64,000 nucleotides of DNA from Candidatus Marinacidobacterales bacterium (lineage in GTDB: Bacteria; Acidobacteriota; Vicinamibacteria; Marinacidobacterales; DATDRI01): contig OZ245365.1 in NCBI GenBank assembly GCA_965226495.1, forward strand, positions 1,152,001-1,216,000, in the 5' to 3' direction. Shown here in pieces: positions 40,392 through 50,692 of the stretch; position 1 is the first letter of the stretch, and every line of letters starts with the position of its first letter. The notes beneath the pieces are model-generated. The model made no database searches. It had not been told where the DNA came from and saw only the letters and a program-made list of their open reading frames with translations. A program made the translations under genes and the position numbers.

Positions 40392-40745
40392 ATGTCGGAG
40401 CAAAACAAGAAGTTGGTCCGTGAGTTGGTCGAGAACATCTACGGAGGGGAGCTCACGCGTTTGGATGAGTTTGTGGCTGAGACATACGTAGACCACAGTC
40501 GGTGGGGCGATCGCGACGGGCTAAGACGCATGCTCGCGCAGTTCAAGACCGCTTACCCGGACATCGAGTTCGTCGTAGAGGACGTTGTCGCGGAAGGCAA
40601 TAGGGTGGCGGCCCGAATTCGTGCCACCTACACCGGGAGTCCAAAGCAGCGCGACCGGGAAAAAACCATTCGCGCGACGGCGATCTTCCGGATCGCCGAG
40701 GGTAAAGTCGTCGAGCACTGGGGCCACAGCGATTCGTTCTACTAG
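40392..40745 (+). CDS. SnoaL-like ester cyclase
   Basis: NKKLVRE...AYPD...VAEGNRVAAR...GKVVEHW. Confidence 0.85.
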   Translation: MSEQNKKLVRELVENIYGGELTRLDEFVAETYVDHSRWGDRDGLRRMLAQFKTAYPDIEFVVEDVVAEGNRVAARIRATYTGSPKQRDREKTIRATAIFRIAEGKVVEHWGHSDSFY

Positions 40746-42072
40746 TTCTCGGTCTCGCCCCGGTTTCGCCGAGCCACCTCGAAACGCTCGCGTGAATCGT
40801 GTATGTTCTGCCGGAATTCTAGATAGGAAGATACGAGAGATCGAGGAACCCGGAGGTCGGCACTTTCCTCACGCAACGCATCGAGCTCGCGCAATAGCTC
40901 TTCTGTCTCGACACCCGGTCCCATGGCCTTCTGCTCCAGCTGTTGGAGGCGGCGGTAAAACTTCTGAAGGTGCATAGAGAACCGGAGTTTGAACACCCCA
41001 GGGACGGCTTTGAACACAAAGAAGGCGACGGTCGCAACGGGGGTCAGAAGCGTGACCAGCCATGTGGCTAGCGACGCCAGCCAGAAGGGCAGCAGCTTGT
41101 AGACAAATCCCTGGCCTTGGGAGAAGTACTGTGTCGCCGCCGGGCTGAGCGGGAGGGAAACATACTTGCTGCTAGGAAACATGCCTTGTGCTGCGAATAG
41201 AGTGGGGGAGCGATGAATTTCCTTCGCAGCCTCCAGAAGAACGGCGACCGCCGCCGGGTGTAGCTCGGCCCCCGCGACGAGATTCGTGGCCGGGGCCACC
41301 AGATCCAGATCCGCGGAAGGGATATTTCGGGCCAAGTCGTACGCCCCCATGGGAAGTACCAACTCTTCCAGCTCGGGATGGCGTCGAGCATAGGCAGCCG
41401 TCCGAACCAAGGACAATGGCACCAAGCCCTCGGTTTGGAGGAGTTGGGAAATAAACGGAGCACTAGGCTGGCCAACCAGGCAGGTGGCGTCCATCCGTCC
41501 CGACGAGAGCTCCGCGGCCAAGGCTTCTGGCGAAGGATGCTCGTACGGTACGAGCTCGACGTCGTCTTCGATGCCGTTATCTTCTATCAACAGGAGGGCT
41601 GTGGCACGGGAACCGCTGCCCTTGGGTCCGAGGAGCACGCGCCGTCCGGCTAGGTCGCTGATGGAAGTGATGGCGTCTTCCTTGCGAACGAACACCCAAA
41701 AAGGCTCGAAGCTAAGACTACCCAACGAGACAAGATCCGAAACCAAGTCTTGATCATCGAGCTCCCGCTCGATGCAAGACTCCACGAAACCCACCGCCGG
41801 TCGGTCCTCCGACGAAAGACGCCGCAGGTTGTCGAGGGAGCCTTCGGTTTGGATCAAGCGAGCCGTGAGACCCTTCGCGCCGAGGAACCCAACGTACTGC
41901 TTTCCGTACTCGTAGTAGCCCGTTCCGATCGTCCCGCGAAGATAACGATCTCGCGCGGTGCGGCGGGGCTGACGTTGCGCCAGGTCACGATGAACACCAC
42001 CAAAAGTACGAGTAGCGAGACACCGAAGAAGATACGGCGGGACCTTTTAGTTAGCGGCTTTGAGGGCGTCAT
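40742..42072 (-). CDS. TAXI-family TRAP solute-binding protein with C-terminal TM extension (frameshift near 41930)
   Basis: APREIVIFAG/GYYEYG...TEGSLDNL...EPFWVF...GPKGSGSR...LPFWLA. Confidence 0.8.
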
Positions 42073-42073
42073 A

Positions 42074-43552
42074 TTATTGGAGGCCGCGGATCGCCACGCC
42101 CGGCGAAACACCCTCGACGATTTCGGAATCACGCACCACGAACATTCCACCGACCAAAACGTGAATGATGCCGCCCGAAGGCGCGTCTCCGCGCGTGTAA
42201 TTGGCTCGGTCGATGATCTTTTCCGGATCGAAGATGGTTAGATCGGCGTCGGCACCTTCCTGAACGCGACCCTTCTTCTTCATTTGCGCGGAGGCTCCCT
42301 CCACTCGCTGTGCCGGCAGTAGGGTCATTTTGCGGAGAGCGTCCATCAGACTCAACGATTTGCGCTCGCGCACATAGTGACCGAGAACGCGCGAGAAAGT
42401 GCCGGCGCCGCGCGGGTGGGCAGGTCCGTGGAGGTAGGGGATTCCGTCGCTTGCCACCATGACGTCTGGCTGGGCGACGATCCACTCATTGGTCTTCTCC
42501 GTGCGTCCATGGATGATGACCCAACCCCCTTGCTCTCGGTACTTCCGAAAGGTTGCTGCGGTCAAACGCTCACCCGTTTCAGGCCATTGAAGCTGCCGGT
42601 AGTCCTCATCGGTGAGTCCCTCCCAGGGGTCGAAGAGAGCCGACTGAATCAATGTGGATCCCGCGGTGTAAGGATAAGACTCGGTGGTCACGTCGAGCCC
42701 TCTTTCGCGCGCACCGCGGATCATCCCCAGAGTGACTTTCGCAGCTTCATCGGCGCTGCTGTTCATATGAACGATATGGACGGAGACTCCGGTTGAGGCG
42801 GCATTGGAGATTGCCTCTTGGAACTTTCCGAGCGTCCCGCCAGAATTTTCGCCGCGAAGGTGGAGATAGACGGCGACACTGTGATCGGCCGCCAACTCGA
42901 ACAGCCGGAGGATTTCGAAGCGCGAAGCGCCCGGTGTATACGTAATCCCGAAGCCTAGTCCGAGCCCGCCTTCGTCGAGTCCCTTTGTAAGCATCGCAAC
43001 TAGCTTGTCGAGCTCCTCGGCGGACGCTTCCTTATAGGCGTGGTCGCCCTTATTGAGCTCGGCTTGCTCCTCGGGTGGAAGGGTGGGGATGTGTCTGAGG
43101 TTGATCCCGTCCATGAGCTTGGCTCGAGCCGGCCAATGTCCTGCGGTCGCTCCGTAGTGAATGAGCGCGTCGCCTTCACGTGAGGCCAGCCACTCTCCCA
43201 CCGGATAGACTCCGACTTCCATTTCTAAGGCCGTCGTCACACCATCCGCGGCTTGAAGACGATTACTGACCGGGTCCTGGCCATGGGCATGAAGGTCGAT
43301 GAAGCCGGGAGCGACGACGAGTCCCGTTGCGTCAATCTTCTCCGGCGCTTCGAGCACGTCTTCGGTAATCGCGACGATCGAACCGTTCGCGATGCCCACG
43401 TTTCGCACCGCATCGAGTCCGGTTTCGGGATCCATGACCCGTCCGCCCGAAATCACGAGGTCGAGCGGCTCGGTCGACTGGGCGCGTGCAACGCTTGGGC
43501 TCCACAGTAGAGCCGCCAATAGAAGAGGGAACATTTTCCGAAGTGGTTTCAT
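42074..43552 (-). CDS. Exported amidohydrolase (D-aminoacylase-like)
   Basis: VAPGFIDLHAH, YPYTAG, ASDG, HPRGAGTF, GADADLTIFD. Confidence 0.9.
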   Translation of the reverse strand: MKPLRKMFPLLLAALLWSPSVARAQSTEPLDLVISGGRVMDPETGLDAVRNVGIANGSIVAITEDVLEAPEKIDATGLVVAPGFIDLHAHGQDPVSNRLQAADGVTTALEMEVGVYPVGEWLASREGDALIHYGATAGHWPARAKLMDGINLRHIPTLPPEEQAELNKGDHAYKEASAEELDKLVAMLTKGLDEGGLGLGFGITYTPGASRFEILRLFELAADHSVAVYLHLRGENSGGTLGKFQEAISNAASTGVSVHIVHMNSSADEAAKVTLGMIRGARERGLDVTTESYPYTAGSTLIQSALFDPWEGLTDEDYRQLQWPETGERLTAATFRKYREQGGWVIIHGRTEKTNEWIVAQPDVMVASDGIPYLHGPAHPRGAGTFSRVLGHYVRERKSLSLMDALRKMTLLPAQRVEGASAQMKKKGRVQEGADADLTIFDPEKIIDRANYTRGDAPSGGIIHVLVGGMFVVRDSEIVEGVSPGVAIRGLQ

Positions 43553-43637
43553 TCTCTCCCTTCCTAGGAAGTAGGTTTCATACCAGGGGCGGGGCGGTTT
43601 CTAGCAGTAAGACGGTGCTCGGGTCGATTGGCTCGGA

Positions 43638-44540
43638 TTACGGCGACGCTTCGCGAAAGTCGGCCGGTGCGCAGCCAAAGTGATCACGGAAGGCTCGGGA
43701 GAAGTGGCTCCGGCTGGCGAAACCGACTTTGCCGGCGACGTCGTTCACCGACAGATCGGCGCGATGCAACAGACGGGCGGCGCGTCTCAGCCGGACGTCG
43801 CGTAGGTAGTCCATCGGCGTGCGCTCGAAACACTCGTGGAACCGCTTGGCGAAGACCGACCGGCTCATGTTCGCGAGCTCGGCAAGTGATTCCAAAGAGT
43901 GGGGGCGCTCGGGCCTCGCGAGGAGCTCGTCGAGAACCGGAGCCAGGCTAGGGTCCTCGAGTGCGGAAAGCCACGGCAACTGGTCCGAATGATCGCTCAG
44001 TCGCCGGAATACCGAGATCAGGCATTGGTTCATGAGCGCAGTCATCATAGCGCTGCTGCCAGGCTCGCCGGCTCCAAACTCCGCGACCAGAGACTCGAAC
44101 GTGGTGCGCATGGGTGGCGAGTCGGAGAAATCGAGGACGATCGCCTCCTCGAGGTGGTCAAACAAACCCGGTCCGCCCCCGCCGTACGTCACTTGGATAC
44201 GGCCGCAGGCCACCACGACCCCTACATCCTCGGAAGGACCCGCGCCGAGCTGGCAAATCGGAGCACCGGGCTCGTCACCCCGCACCGAGCTCTCATGGTG
44301 TACATCAGTGCCGCTCTCGATGGAATGAGTTAGGCGCGGCGGCATGATTCCGAGGCAGTCGGGCCTTAGCGGGAGGACTTCGCCGGAGCCGACTCGAAGC
44401 CCGCCCTCACCCTGCAAGATGAAATGGAAGATCACCCAGTCTCGGATCGGAAGCTGTAGCCGCCATCCCGGGGCCACACGGCAGGTCGCGAAAGGCTCGA
44501 CATTGAGTGCCAGGTTCTCGAAGAGTCGTTCGATGAGCAC
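43638..44540 (-). CDS. AraC-family regulator with cupin domain
   Basis: MSRSVFAKRF...PMDYL...VGFASRSHFSRAF. Confidence 0.93.
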   Translation of the reverse strand: MLIERLFENLALNVEPFATCRVAPGWRLQLPIRDWVIFHFILQGEGGLRVGSGEVLPLRPDCLGIMPPRLTHSIESGTDVHHESSVRGDEPGAPICQLGAGPSEDVGVVVACGRIQVTYGGGGPGLFDHLEEAIVLDFSDSPPMRTTFESLVAEFGAGEPGSSAMMTALMNQCLISVFRRLSDHSDQLPWLSALEDPSLAPVLDELLARPERPHSLESLAELANMSRSVFAKRFHECFERTPMDYLRDVRLRRAARLLHRADLSVNDVAGKVGFASRSHFSRAFRDHFGCAPADFREASP

Positions 44541-44738
44541 GAGGCATCTTAGTTCATGCGGGCTTTGCGCTTCAATTCGTAAATGGATGGCATTTCCACG
44601 CAGGCCGCCTCATCCCAGAGTTTCGAGACGATTTAGCACCTCATCCGGACCCAATCGCACATCCAGGATGGCACACTTACATCATGGTTGAAGACGATAA
44701 GAAACGAACCCAACCCTAAACCAGGTAGGAGGAGCGTC

Positions 44739-45395
44739 ATGGATATTACAAGTCGGGACACTGGCCTCGTCATCACGGATCCGCAGAACGATTTTCTGAG
44801 CCCCACAGGCGTGACATGGGGGCTCGTTGGCGACAGCGTGAAAGAGAACCGGACGGTCGAGCATATCGAGGAGCTTCTGAAAGCCGCGAAGCAGGCGGGC
44901 TGCCCGGTTTTCGTATCGCCCCACTACTACTATCCCACCGACCACCGCTGGAAGTTCGGCGGGACCGTCGAAAAGATGATGCACGAGATCAAGATGTTCG
45001 ACCGCACCGGAGCCCTTACGATGGATGGTTTCGCTGATTCGGGAGCCGATTGGCTCGACGTCTACAAGCCCTACATCGAAGACGGCGAGACCGTTGTCGT
45101 GAGTCCTCACAAGGTTTATGGCCCCGAGAGCAACGACCTCGTGTTGCAGCTACGAAAGCGTGGCATCTCGAAGGTGCTACTCGCCGGGATGTCGGCCAAC
45201 TTGTGCCTGGAGAGCCATCTACGCGAGCTCCTGGAGCAGGGCTTCGAGGTCTCCGTGGTCAAGGACGCTACCGCCGCCGCGCGGCATCCGGAGCTCGGAG
45301 ACGGGTACGCGTCAGCCCTGACCAACTTCGGATTCCTTGCCAGCGCCGTCCTCACCACGGACGAGGTACTCCGTTCCTTGAGGGCCGCCGCCTAA
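44739..45395 (+). CDS. Isochorismatase-family cysteine hydrolase
   Basis: TDPQNDF, SPHKVYGP, GMSANLCLESH; RBS AGGAGG. Confidence 0.9.
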   Translation: MDITSRDTGLVITDPQNDFLSPTGVTWGLVGDSVKENRTVEHIEELLKAAKQAGCPVFVSPHYYYPTDHRWKFGGTVEKMMHEIKMFDRTGALTMDGFADSGADWLDVYKPYIEDGETVVVSPHKVYGPESNDLVLQLRKRGISKVLLAGMSANLCLESHLRELLEQGFEVSVVKDATAAARHPELGDGYASALTNFGFLASAVLTTDEVLRSLRAAA

Positions 45396-45518
45396 TTCGC
45401 CGGTCTGCCGATCTGCGTGAAGGAGGCAAGCAAGGACGGAAGAGCGTGGGTCCAAGAGGCCCGCGCTCGAGGCGGGAGATGGAATCGATACGAGATTGTC
45501 CTCGCCGCTATCCACCAA

Positions 45519-45574
45519 CCCCCTCACCCGCCCGCCTTCGGCGGGCGACCTCTCCCCCGCGGTCGGGGGAGAGG
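45519..45574. repeat. REP-like double-hairpin element, copy 3
   Basis: CCCCTCACCCGCCCGCCTTCGGCGGGCGACCTCTCCCCCGCGGTCGGGGGAGAGG. Confidence 0.65.
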
Positions 45575-45609
45575 CGAGAGAGGTGGTACCAACTTCGTTG
45601 GTAGGCTTC

Positions 45610-45879
45610 TTAGTCGGAGCAGCGAACACTCTTTGGTTCGCTACCGCCGCAGAGGATGTTCTCCGTTCTGCCATTTGTAATGCGGGCGCAGGCGTTGTTG
45701 CGGGCGGCCACGATCGCTTCTTCTTTGGCTGGGGCTCGCGCGGTGCGGCAGGATTCACGCCCCTTGAACTCCATGCAGACCTCGCAGCTCGCCTTGCTGA
45801 GCGCGAGCGTGGAGAGTACGACGTAGGCTATGAGGCCGAGGAAGGCCACGGTGATTCCAAGTTTCGCGGGCTTTGTCAT
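45610..45879 (-). CDS. Small membrane-anchored Cys-rich hypothetical protein
   Basis: TM helix then CEVC...C...C...C...C (6 Cys). Confidence 0.7.
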   Translation of the reverse strand: MTKPAKLGITVAFLGLIAYVVLSTLALSKASCEVCMEFKGRESCRTARAPAKEEAIVAARNNACARITNGRTENILCGGSEPKSVRCSD

Positions 45880-45928
45880 AGGGCGGTCATTATACGGGAT
45901 GCAGCGGATCTTGATTTCGCGGGGGGGG

Positions 45929-45971
45929 AAGGAAACCCGTTCCCAGCCCGGGCAAACGGACTGGGAACGGG
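45929..45971 (-). terminator. Rho-independent terminator after ahcY
   Basis: CCCGTTCCCAG/CTGGGAACGGG 11-bp stem followed by TTTCCTT on the minus strand. Confidence 0.65.
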
Positions 45972-45979
45972 ACGAGACT

Positions 45980-47482
45980 CTAATACCGGTAGTGGTCCGG
46001 CTTGTAGGGCCCCTCGATCGGCACTCCGATGTAGTCGGATTGCTCTTTCGTCAGCTTGGTCAGCTTCACGCCTAACTGTTCCAAGTGTAGGCGAGCGACT
46101 TCCTCGTCGAGCCTCTTCGGAAGCATGTAGACCTTCTTTTCATAAGAGGCCTCGTTCTGATGGAGCTCGAGCTGGGCCAATACCTGATTGGTGAAAGACG
46201 CCGACATGACAAAGCTCGGGTGCCCGGTGGCGCAGCCGAGGTTCAACAGCCGACCCTCGGCAAGAATCATCACGCTATGGCCATCGGGGAACCGCCACTC
46301 GTCGTACTGTGGCTTGATGTTGATGCGCTCGATGCCCGGGACCTTCTTGAGGCCGGCCATGTCGATCTCGTTGTCGAAGTGACCGATGTTGCCGACGATG
46401 GCCTTGTCCTTCATCTTTGCCATGCTATCGGCGGTGATGATGTTGAAGTTGCCCGTGGTGGTGATGAAGATATCGGCTTCCTCAATCACATTCTCGAGTG
46501 TGTTCACTTCATACCCATCCATAGCGGCTTGAAGGGCGCAAATGGGGTCGATCTCGGTAATGATGACGCGGCTGCCTTGCCCGCGCAGCGATTGCGCACA
46601 GCCCTTACCGACCTCGCCGTAACCGAAGACCAGCGCGACCTTGCCTCCGATCATGACGTCGGTGGCGCGGTTGAGTCCGTCGGGGAGCGAGTGCCGGCAT
46701 CCGTACACGTTATCGAATTTACTCTTGGTGACCGAATCATTGACGTTGATGGCGGGGAAGAGCAATTTCCCCTCTTCCATCATCTGATACAGGCGATGCA
46801 CGCCGGTGGTGGTCTCCTCGCTGACTCCGCGGATGCTGGACGCAAGGTTAGTGAAGTGTTTTTTGTCCTTGGCCTGCTCTTCGCTGAGAAGGTTCAGAAT
46901 GACACCCCACTCTTCTGGATCTTTGTCGGGGTCGAAGGAGGGGACGGCGCCAGCTTTCTCGAACTCGACGCCTTTGTGCACCAAGAGGGTGGCATCCCCA
47001 CCGTCATCCACAATGAGATGGGGACCGTTTCCGTCCGTCCACTTGAGCGCTTCGTTAGTGGCCCACCAGTACTCTTCGAGCGTCTCTCCCTTCCAGGCGA
47101 AGACGGGGATGCCCTTGGGGTCGTCCGGCGTGCCATCGGTTTCCGGGCGACCAACGACAACCGCGGCAGCCGCATGGTCCTGAGTCGAAAAGATATTGCA
47201 CGATACCCAGCGAATGTCGGCGCCCAGCTCGGCGAGCGTCTCGATGAGCACGGCGGTCTGAACGGTCATGTGCAGGCTACCCATGATGCGGGCTCCAGCG
47301 AGTGGTTTGTCGGCACCGTAGCGCTTCCGAAGTGCCATCAGTCCGGGCATCTCATGCTCGGCGAGTCTAATTTCCTTCCGTCCAAAATCGGCCAGGCTCA
47401 AGTCCTTGACCTTGTGAGGGACGCGGCCAGCCTTCTCGGCGGCCTTGAAAGCGTGCAATCCCTGAGTTGCCGTTGTGCTCAT
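45980..47482 (-). CDS. ahcY: Adenosylhomocysteinase
   Basis: [58 protein letters not shown]. Confidence 0.98.
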   Translation of the reverse strand: MSTTATQGLHAFKAAEKAGRVPHKVKDLSLADFGRKEIRLAEHEMPGLMALRKRYGADKPLAGARIMGSLHMTVQTAVLIETLAELGADIRWVSCNIFSTQDHAAAAVVVGRPETDGTPDDPKGIPVFAWKGETLEEYWWATNEALKWTDGNGPHLIVDDGGDATLLVHKGVEFEKAGAVPSFDPDKDPEEWGVILNLLSEEQAKDKKHFTNLASSIRGVSEETTTGVHRLYQMMEEGKLLFPAINVNDSVTKSKFDNVYGCRHSLPDGLNRATDVMIGGKVALVFGYGEVGKGCAQSLRGQGSRVIITEIDPICALQAAMDGYEVNTLENVIEEADIFITTTGNFNIITADSMAKMKDKAIVGNIGHFDNEIDMAGLKKVPGIERINIKPQYDEWRFPDGHSVMILAEGRLLNLGCATGHPSFVMSASFTNQVLAQLELHQNEASYEKKVYMLPKRLDEEVARLHLEQLGVKLTKLTKEQSDYIGVPIEGPYKPDHYRY

Positions 47483-47529
47483 GAGCTAATTCCTCCAGAT
47501 TAAAGGGTTCAAGTGGTACGTGTTTATCA

Positions 47530-48534
47530 TCACGCCGTTTCTTTGGCGAGTTCTTCCGTCTTTCGAGAGCGAGTCCGCCCTTTGAGGCCACGCACATCTT
47601 TGTATGCGACGGTAGCAAAGAGGGTCGGACCCATCGCGTCCACATCGGGTGAAAGCGAATGGATGGCGCCGAGGTCGAAACCGGCCGCGGCAAGGTGTTT
47701 CTTCATCGTCTGTTCCGAAAAGCCGAGCCAGACATGTCCCATTTGCTGCTTATACTCCTCCCGCTGGTGGGGGTACATGTCGACGATCATCAACTTGCCT
47801 CCCGGGCGCAACACGCGCCGTGCCTCGCTGAGAACGGCGATCGGAGCCGGCAGGTGATGCAAAACCAACATGAGCACGGCGGCATCGAGCGAAGCGTCCT
47901 GAATGGGGAGCTTCTCCAAAACGCCTTTGCGAAGGAGCACGTTCTTGTGTTTTCGCAAGCGTGCCCGCGCCGCACTCAGCATTTCGGCGGAACCATCGAC
48001 GGCCACTACGCGTTCGACGAATGGGGCTAAGAGTTCCGTCACTTGCCCTGTGCCACAGCCCAAGTCTCCCACTACCCAACTGCGATCGAGGAGCGCCAAG
48101 AGCGAGTGAGAGTAAAAGTGTTCTCCGAAAAGCTCGGTACGGAGTCGGTCCCATTCCCCGGCCGCAGAAGCGAAGAACTCCTGTGATTTCGTCCGCCGCG
48201 CGACCCAGGTGCTCTCGAGCCGCTTGAAATCCTGTATGGCAGCCGGGGTCTCCGCGATTTCTCCTCGGACGATGTTCCACAACTGCGGCAAAGCGGACCC
48301 GTCGCCGCCGTCTGGAAGATAGTAATAATGACTCGTGCCGTCGCGCCGGGACACAACCCAACCCGACTCGCCGAGCGTCTTCAGGTGGCGGCTGACCGTC
48401 GACTGGGGAAGTTGAACCACCGAGCAGAGCTCGCCAACCGTGAGCTCATGTTGTTCGAGCAGGAGCAGGATGCGGCAGCGAGCGGGATCGGTCAGCGCCG
48501 ACAAGTGATCGAGAATCGCTTCGGTGGCTTTCAT
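47530..48534 (-). CDS. sahR: ArsR-HTH + SAM-methyltransferase-fold regulator (SahR-type)
   Basis: ArsR N-terminus, DLGCGTG; directly upstream of ahcY. Confidence 0.85.
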   Translation of the reverse strand: MKATEAILDHLSALTDPARCRILLLLEQHELTVGELCSVVQLPQSTVSRHLKTLGESGWVVSRRDGTSHYYYLPDGGDGSALPQLWNIVRGEIAETPAAIQDFKRLESTWVARRTKSQEFFASAAGEWDRLRTELFGEHFYSHSLLALLDRSWVVGDLGCGTGQVTELLAPFVERVVAVDGSAEMLSAARARLRKHKNVLLRKGVLEKLPIQDASLDAAVLMLVLHHLPAPIAVLSEARRVLRPGGKLMIVDMYPHQREEYKQQMGHVWLGFSEQTMKKHLAAAGFDLGAIHSLSPDVDAMGPTLFATVAYKDVRGLKGRTRSRKTEELAKETA

Positions 48535-48580
48535 CCGTATATCCGGATGCAGTGTTGCATCACGACGGGGATCTTGTCAA
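48532..48580 (-). promoter_or_regulatory. sahR promoter (-35 TTGACA) and palindromic operator overlapping the start codon
   Basis: CATCCG-TATATC-CGGATG at 48532-48549; TTGACA at 48575-48580. Confidence 0.65.
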
Positions 48581-48613
48581 GTGCTTGTTGGGCCTAATGG
48601 CTGCCACCCGGCA

Positions 48614-48864
48614 CTAGAGCTTTTCTGTTACATACCGTGCCGCCGCGGAGGCCCATCGTCCGAGGATGGGGCATCGGCCAGCATGCGGGCGAGTGAAGTC
48701 GGCGATGTGAAATCGCCGAGCCTTCCAAGCACATACCCGGCGTACCAACCGGCCCACTGCTTGTCGGCTTCCCCGTTCAGGAAGTTGCCCTCATAATCGT
48801 GATGGGCTTGCCCGGCGGCCCGCAAAGCGTTCTCTACATCTGCTGCTGCTGGTTTAGCGCTCAT
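48614..48864 (-). CDS. Small hypothetical protein (probable frameshift near the 3' end)
   Basis: AHHDYE...WAGWYAGY; alternative frame ends ASAAARYVTEKL*; RBS AGGAG. Confidence 0.55.
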
Positions 48865-48919
48865 GGATTTTTCTCCCTTTCGTGATAGGTTCGCATCGAT
48901 AGCGTTTCGGAGTCTGACA

Positions 48920-49815
48920 ATGAGCCTACATCAAATCGGCATTCTAGCGCCCGGTCCAAGCCTGGGCCGGTTTCTCTTCTTCCAGCTCGCGCCCGGCGAC
49001 GACCCGCGCGCCGCGGTGAAAGCAATCCAGGGACTGGACGTGGACGAGGATATCGTTGTTGGGTTCGGAAGCTCACTCGTGCTCGCGACGGGTGGCCGTA
49101 TTGATGGCCTTCGGGCTTTCCCTAGCCTTACCGGTCCCGGGATCGAAGTTCCGTCCACGCAGGCTGCCGCTTGGTGTTGGCTCAGAGGCGAAGGCGACCG
49201 CGGTCAATTGGTTCACCGATCGCTCGTGCTCGAACAACTGCTGGAACCACTCATGTTGTCCAGCATCGTCGACAGTTTCAAGCACGACCCGACGCCGTCC
49301 GGACGGGAAGAGACCTATCCGGGTACGAAGACGGTACAGAGAATCCGACCGGCGACAAGGCAATCGCGGCCGCCATCGCGTCGGGAGGAGGCCCAGGGCT
49401 CGATGGCTCGAGCTTCGTCGCCGTGCAGACGTGGCAACACGATCTCGTCGGATTCCAGGCGATGACTCAGGACGAGCGGGACAACATCATTGGACGGCGC
49501 TTACGTGACAACGAGGAGATCGAGGACGCACCGGACTCCGCGCACGTCAAGAGAACCGCGCAAGAGAGTTTCGAGCCAGAGGCGTTTGTTGTCCGTCAAT
49601 CGATGCCATGGGCCGATCCCGACGGGGAAGGCCTCGTCTTCGTTTCATTCGGGCGGACACTCGATGCATTCGAGGCACAACTCAAGCGAATGGTTGGCCT
49701 CGAAGACGGCATCGTCGACGGTCTCTTCCGCTTCTCCCGCCCGGTATCAGGAGGGTACTACTGGTGCCCGCCGGTGGGTGATGGAAAGCTCGACTTGCGC
49801 GCACTAACGAGCTAG
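48920..49815 (+). CDS. DyP-type peroxidase (frameshift near 49303)
   Basis: GRDLSGYEDGTENP, IIGR, SAHVKR, GLFRFSRPVSGGYYWCP. Confidence 0.9.
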
Positions 49816-49831
49816 CCGGAAGGGACGGGCC

Positions 49832-50464
49832 ATGGGCTATCGCGCGGTGGATGCCTACTACCGTCAACAGCTGTTCGACTTCTTCCGTACGTTTCAACTC
49901 CCCATCTACAGTGTCACCGTCGAGCTCGACATCACTGGCTTGAGAGATTTTACCCGCAAGCACGAACTCCCGATCTACCTCAACTCTTGCTACTTCTTTG
50001 CCCGAGCCATGCAGGAGATCGAAGACTTTCGCTATCGCCTCGTCGACGATCGGATCGTGCTCTACGACGAGCTTCAACTCGGGCTGACGGTGCCGGCTCC
50101 GGGTGGCATGTTTAGCTTCGCTCATTTCCGCAACGACCCCGATGTGTGGCGTTTCAACGAACGCGCCAAGCCCGTCCTGCAGCAAGCTAAGAGCGCTCTC
50201 CAGACGGGACCTCCTAACGACCACAACTACATCTTCTTCACCGCCGCACCCCAGCTGCGCTTCACCGGAGTCACGCACCCTGTGAAGAGTCCGATGGAGC
50301 AGGAGCCCAAAATTGCTTTCGGCCAGCATTCCGAACGCGACGGTCGTCTCTCCGTGCCGGTAGGTATGCAGGTCAATCACATCTTCATCGACGGCGCGGC
50401 GATGGGGAAGCTCGTCGAGCGCGTTCAGGAGTTCTACCGAGATCCGGCCGCCGCGCTGGGGTAG
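49832..50464 (+). CDS. CatA-like O-acetyltransferase
   Basis: YSVTVELDIT, FRYR, PKIAFGQ, NHIFIDG (HxxxDG). Confidence 0.8.
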   Translation: MGYRAVDAYYRQQLFDFFRTFQLPIYSVTVELDITGLRDFTRKHELPIYLNSCYFFARAMQEIEDFRYRLVDDRIVLYDELQLGLTVPAPGGMFSFAHFRNDPDVWRFNERAKPVLQQAKSALQTGPPNDHNYIFFTAAPQLRFTGVTHPVKSPMEQEPKIAFGQHSERDGRLSVPVGMQVNHIFIDGAAMGKLVERVQEFYRDPAAALG

Positions 50465-50540
50465 CGCTGGTCGGTGGGCGCGGCAGCGCTGACCGCTTGA
50501 CTTGTCCCGCCTAAAGCGAGAGACTAGCACCGAACGATAC

Positions 50541-50614
50541 GCCTAGGGGTGGCCGCTCGGCCTGAGAGCAAACCCTCGGAACCTGATCCGGTTGATACCG
50601 GCGTAGGGAACGGC
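50541..50614 (+). ncRNA. TPP (THI-box) riboswitch
   Basis: GGGGTG...CTGAGA...ACCC...GAACCTGATCCGGTTGATACCGGCGTAGGGAA consensus. Confidence 0.92.
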
Positions 50615-50692
50615 AGCTGGCTCTTCTGGCATCATAGAAGAGCGGCAATCTCGAACGAGTCGGTCATCTCTAGCGTCAATCTACAAGGGAGA

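Noticed and set aside
46160-47503. Long antisense ORFs (for example 46160-47503, 33472-34743, 62016-62912, 16618-17442)
   Set aside because: Shadows of well-supported genes on the opposite strand in GC-rich DNA, with no recognisable motifs
48920-49815. DyP as encapsulin cargo
   Set aside because: No C-terminal targeting extension (ends GKLDLRALTS) and no encapsulin gene nearby
49832-50464. Bona fide chloramphenicol resistance gene
   Set aside because: Only the CAT fold and HxxxDG motif are evident; divergent sequence, no mobile context, substrate unknown
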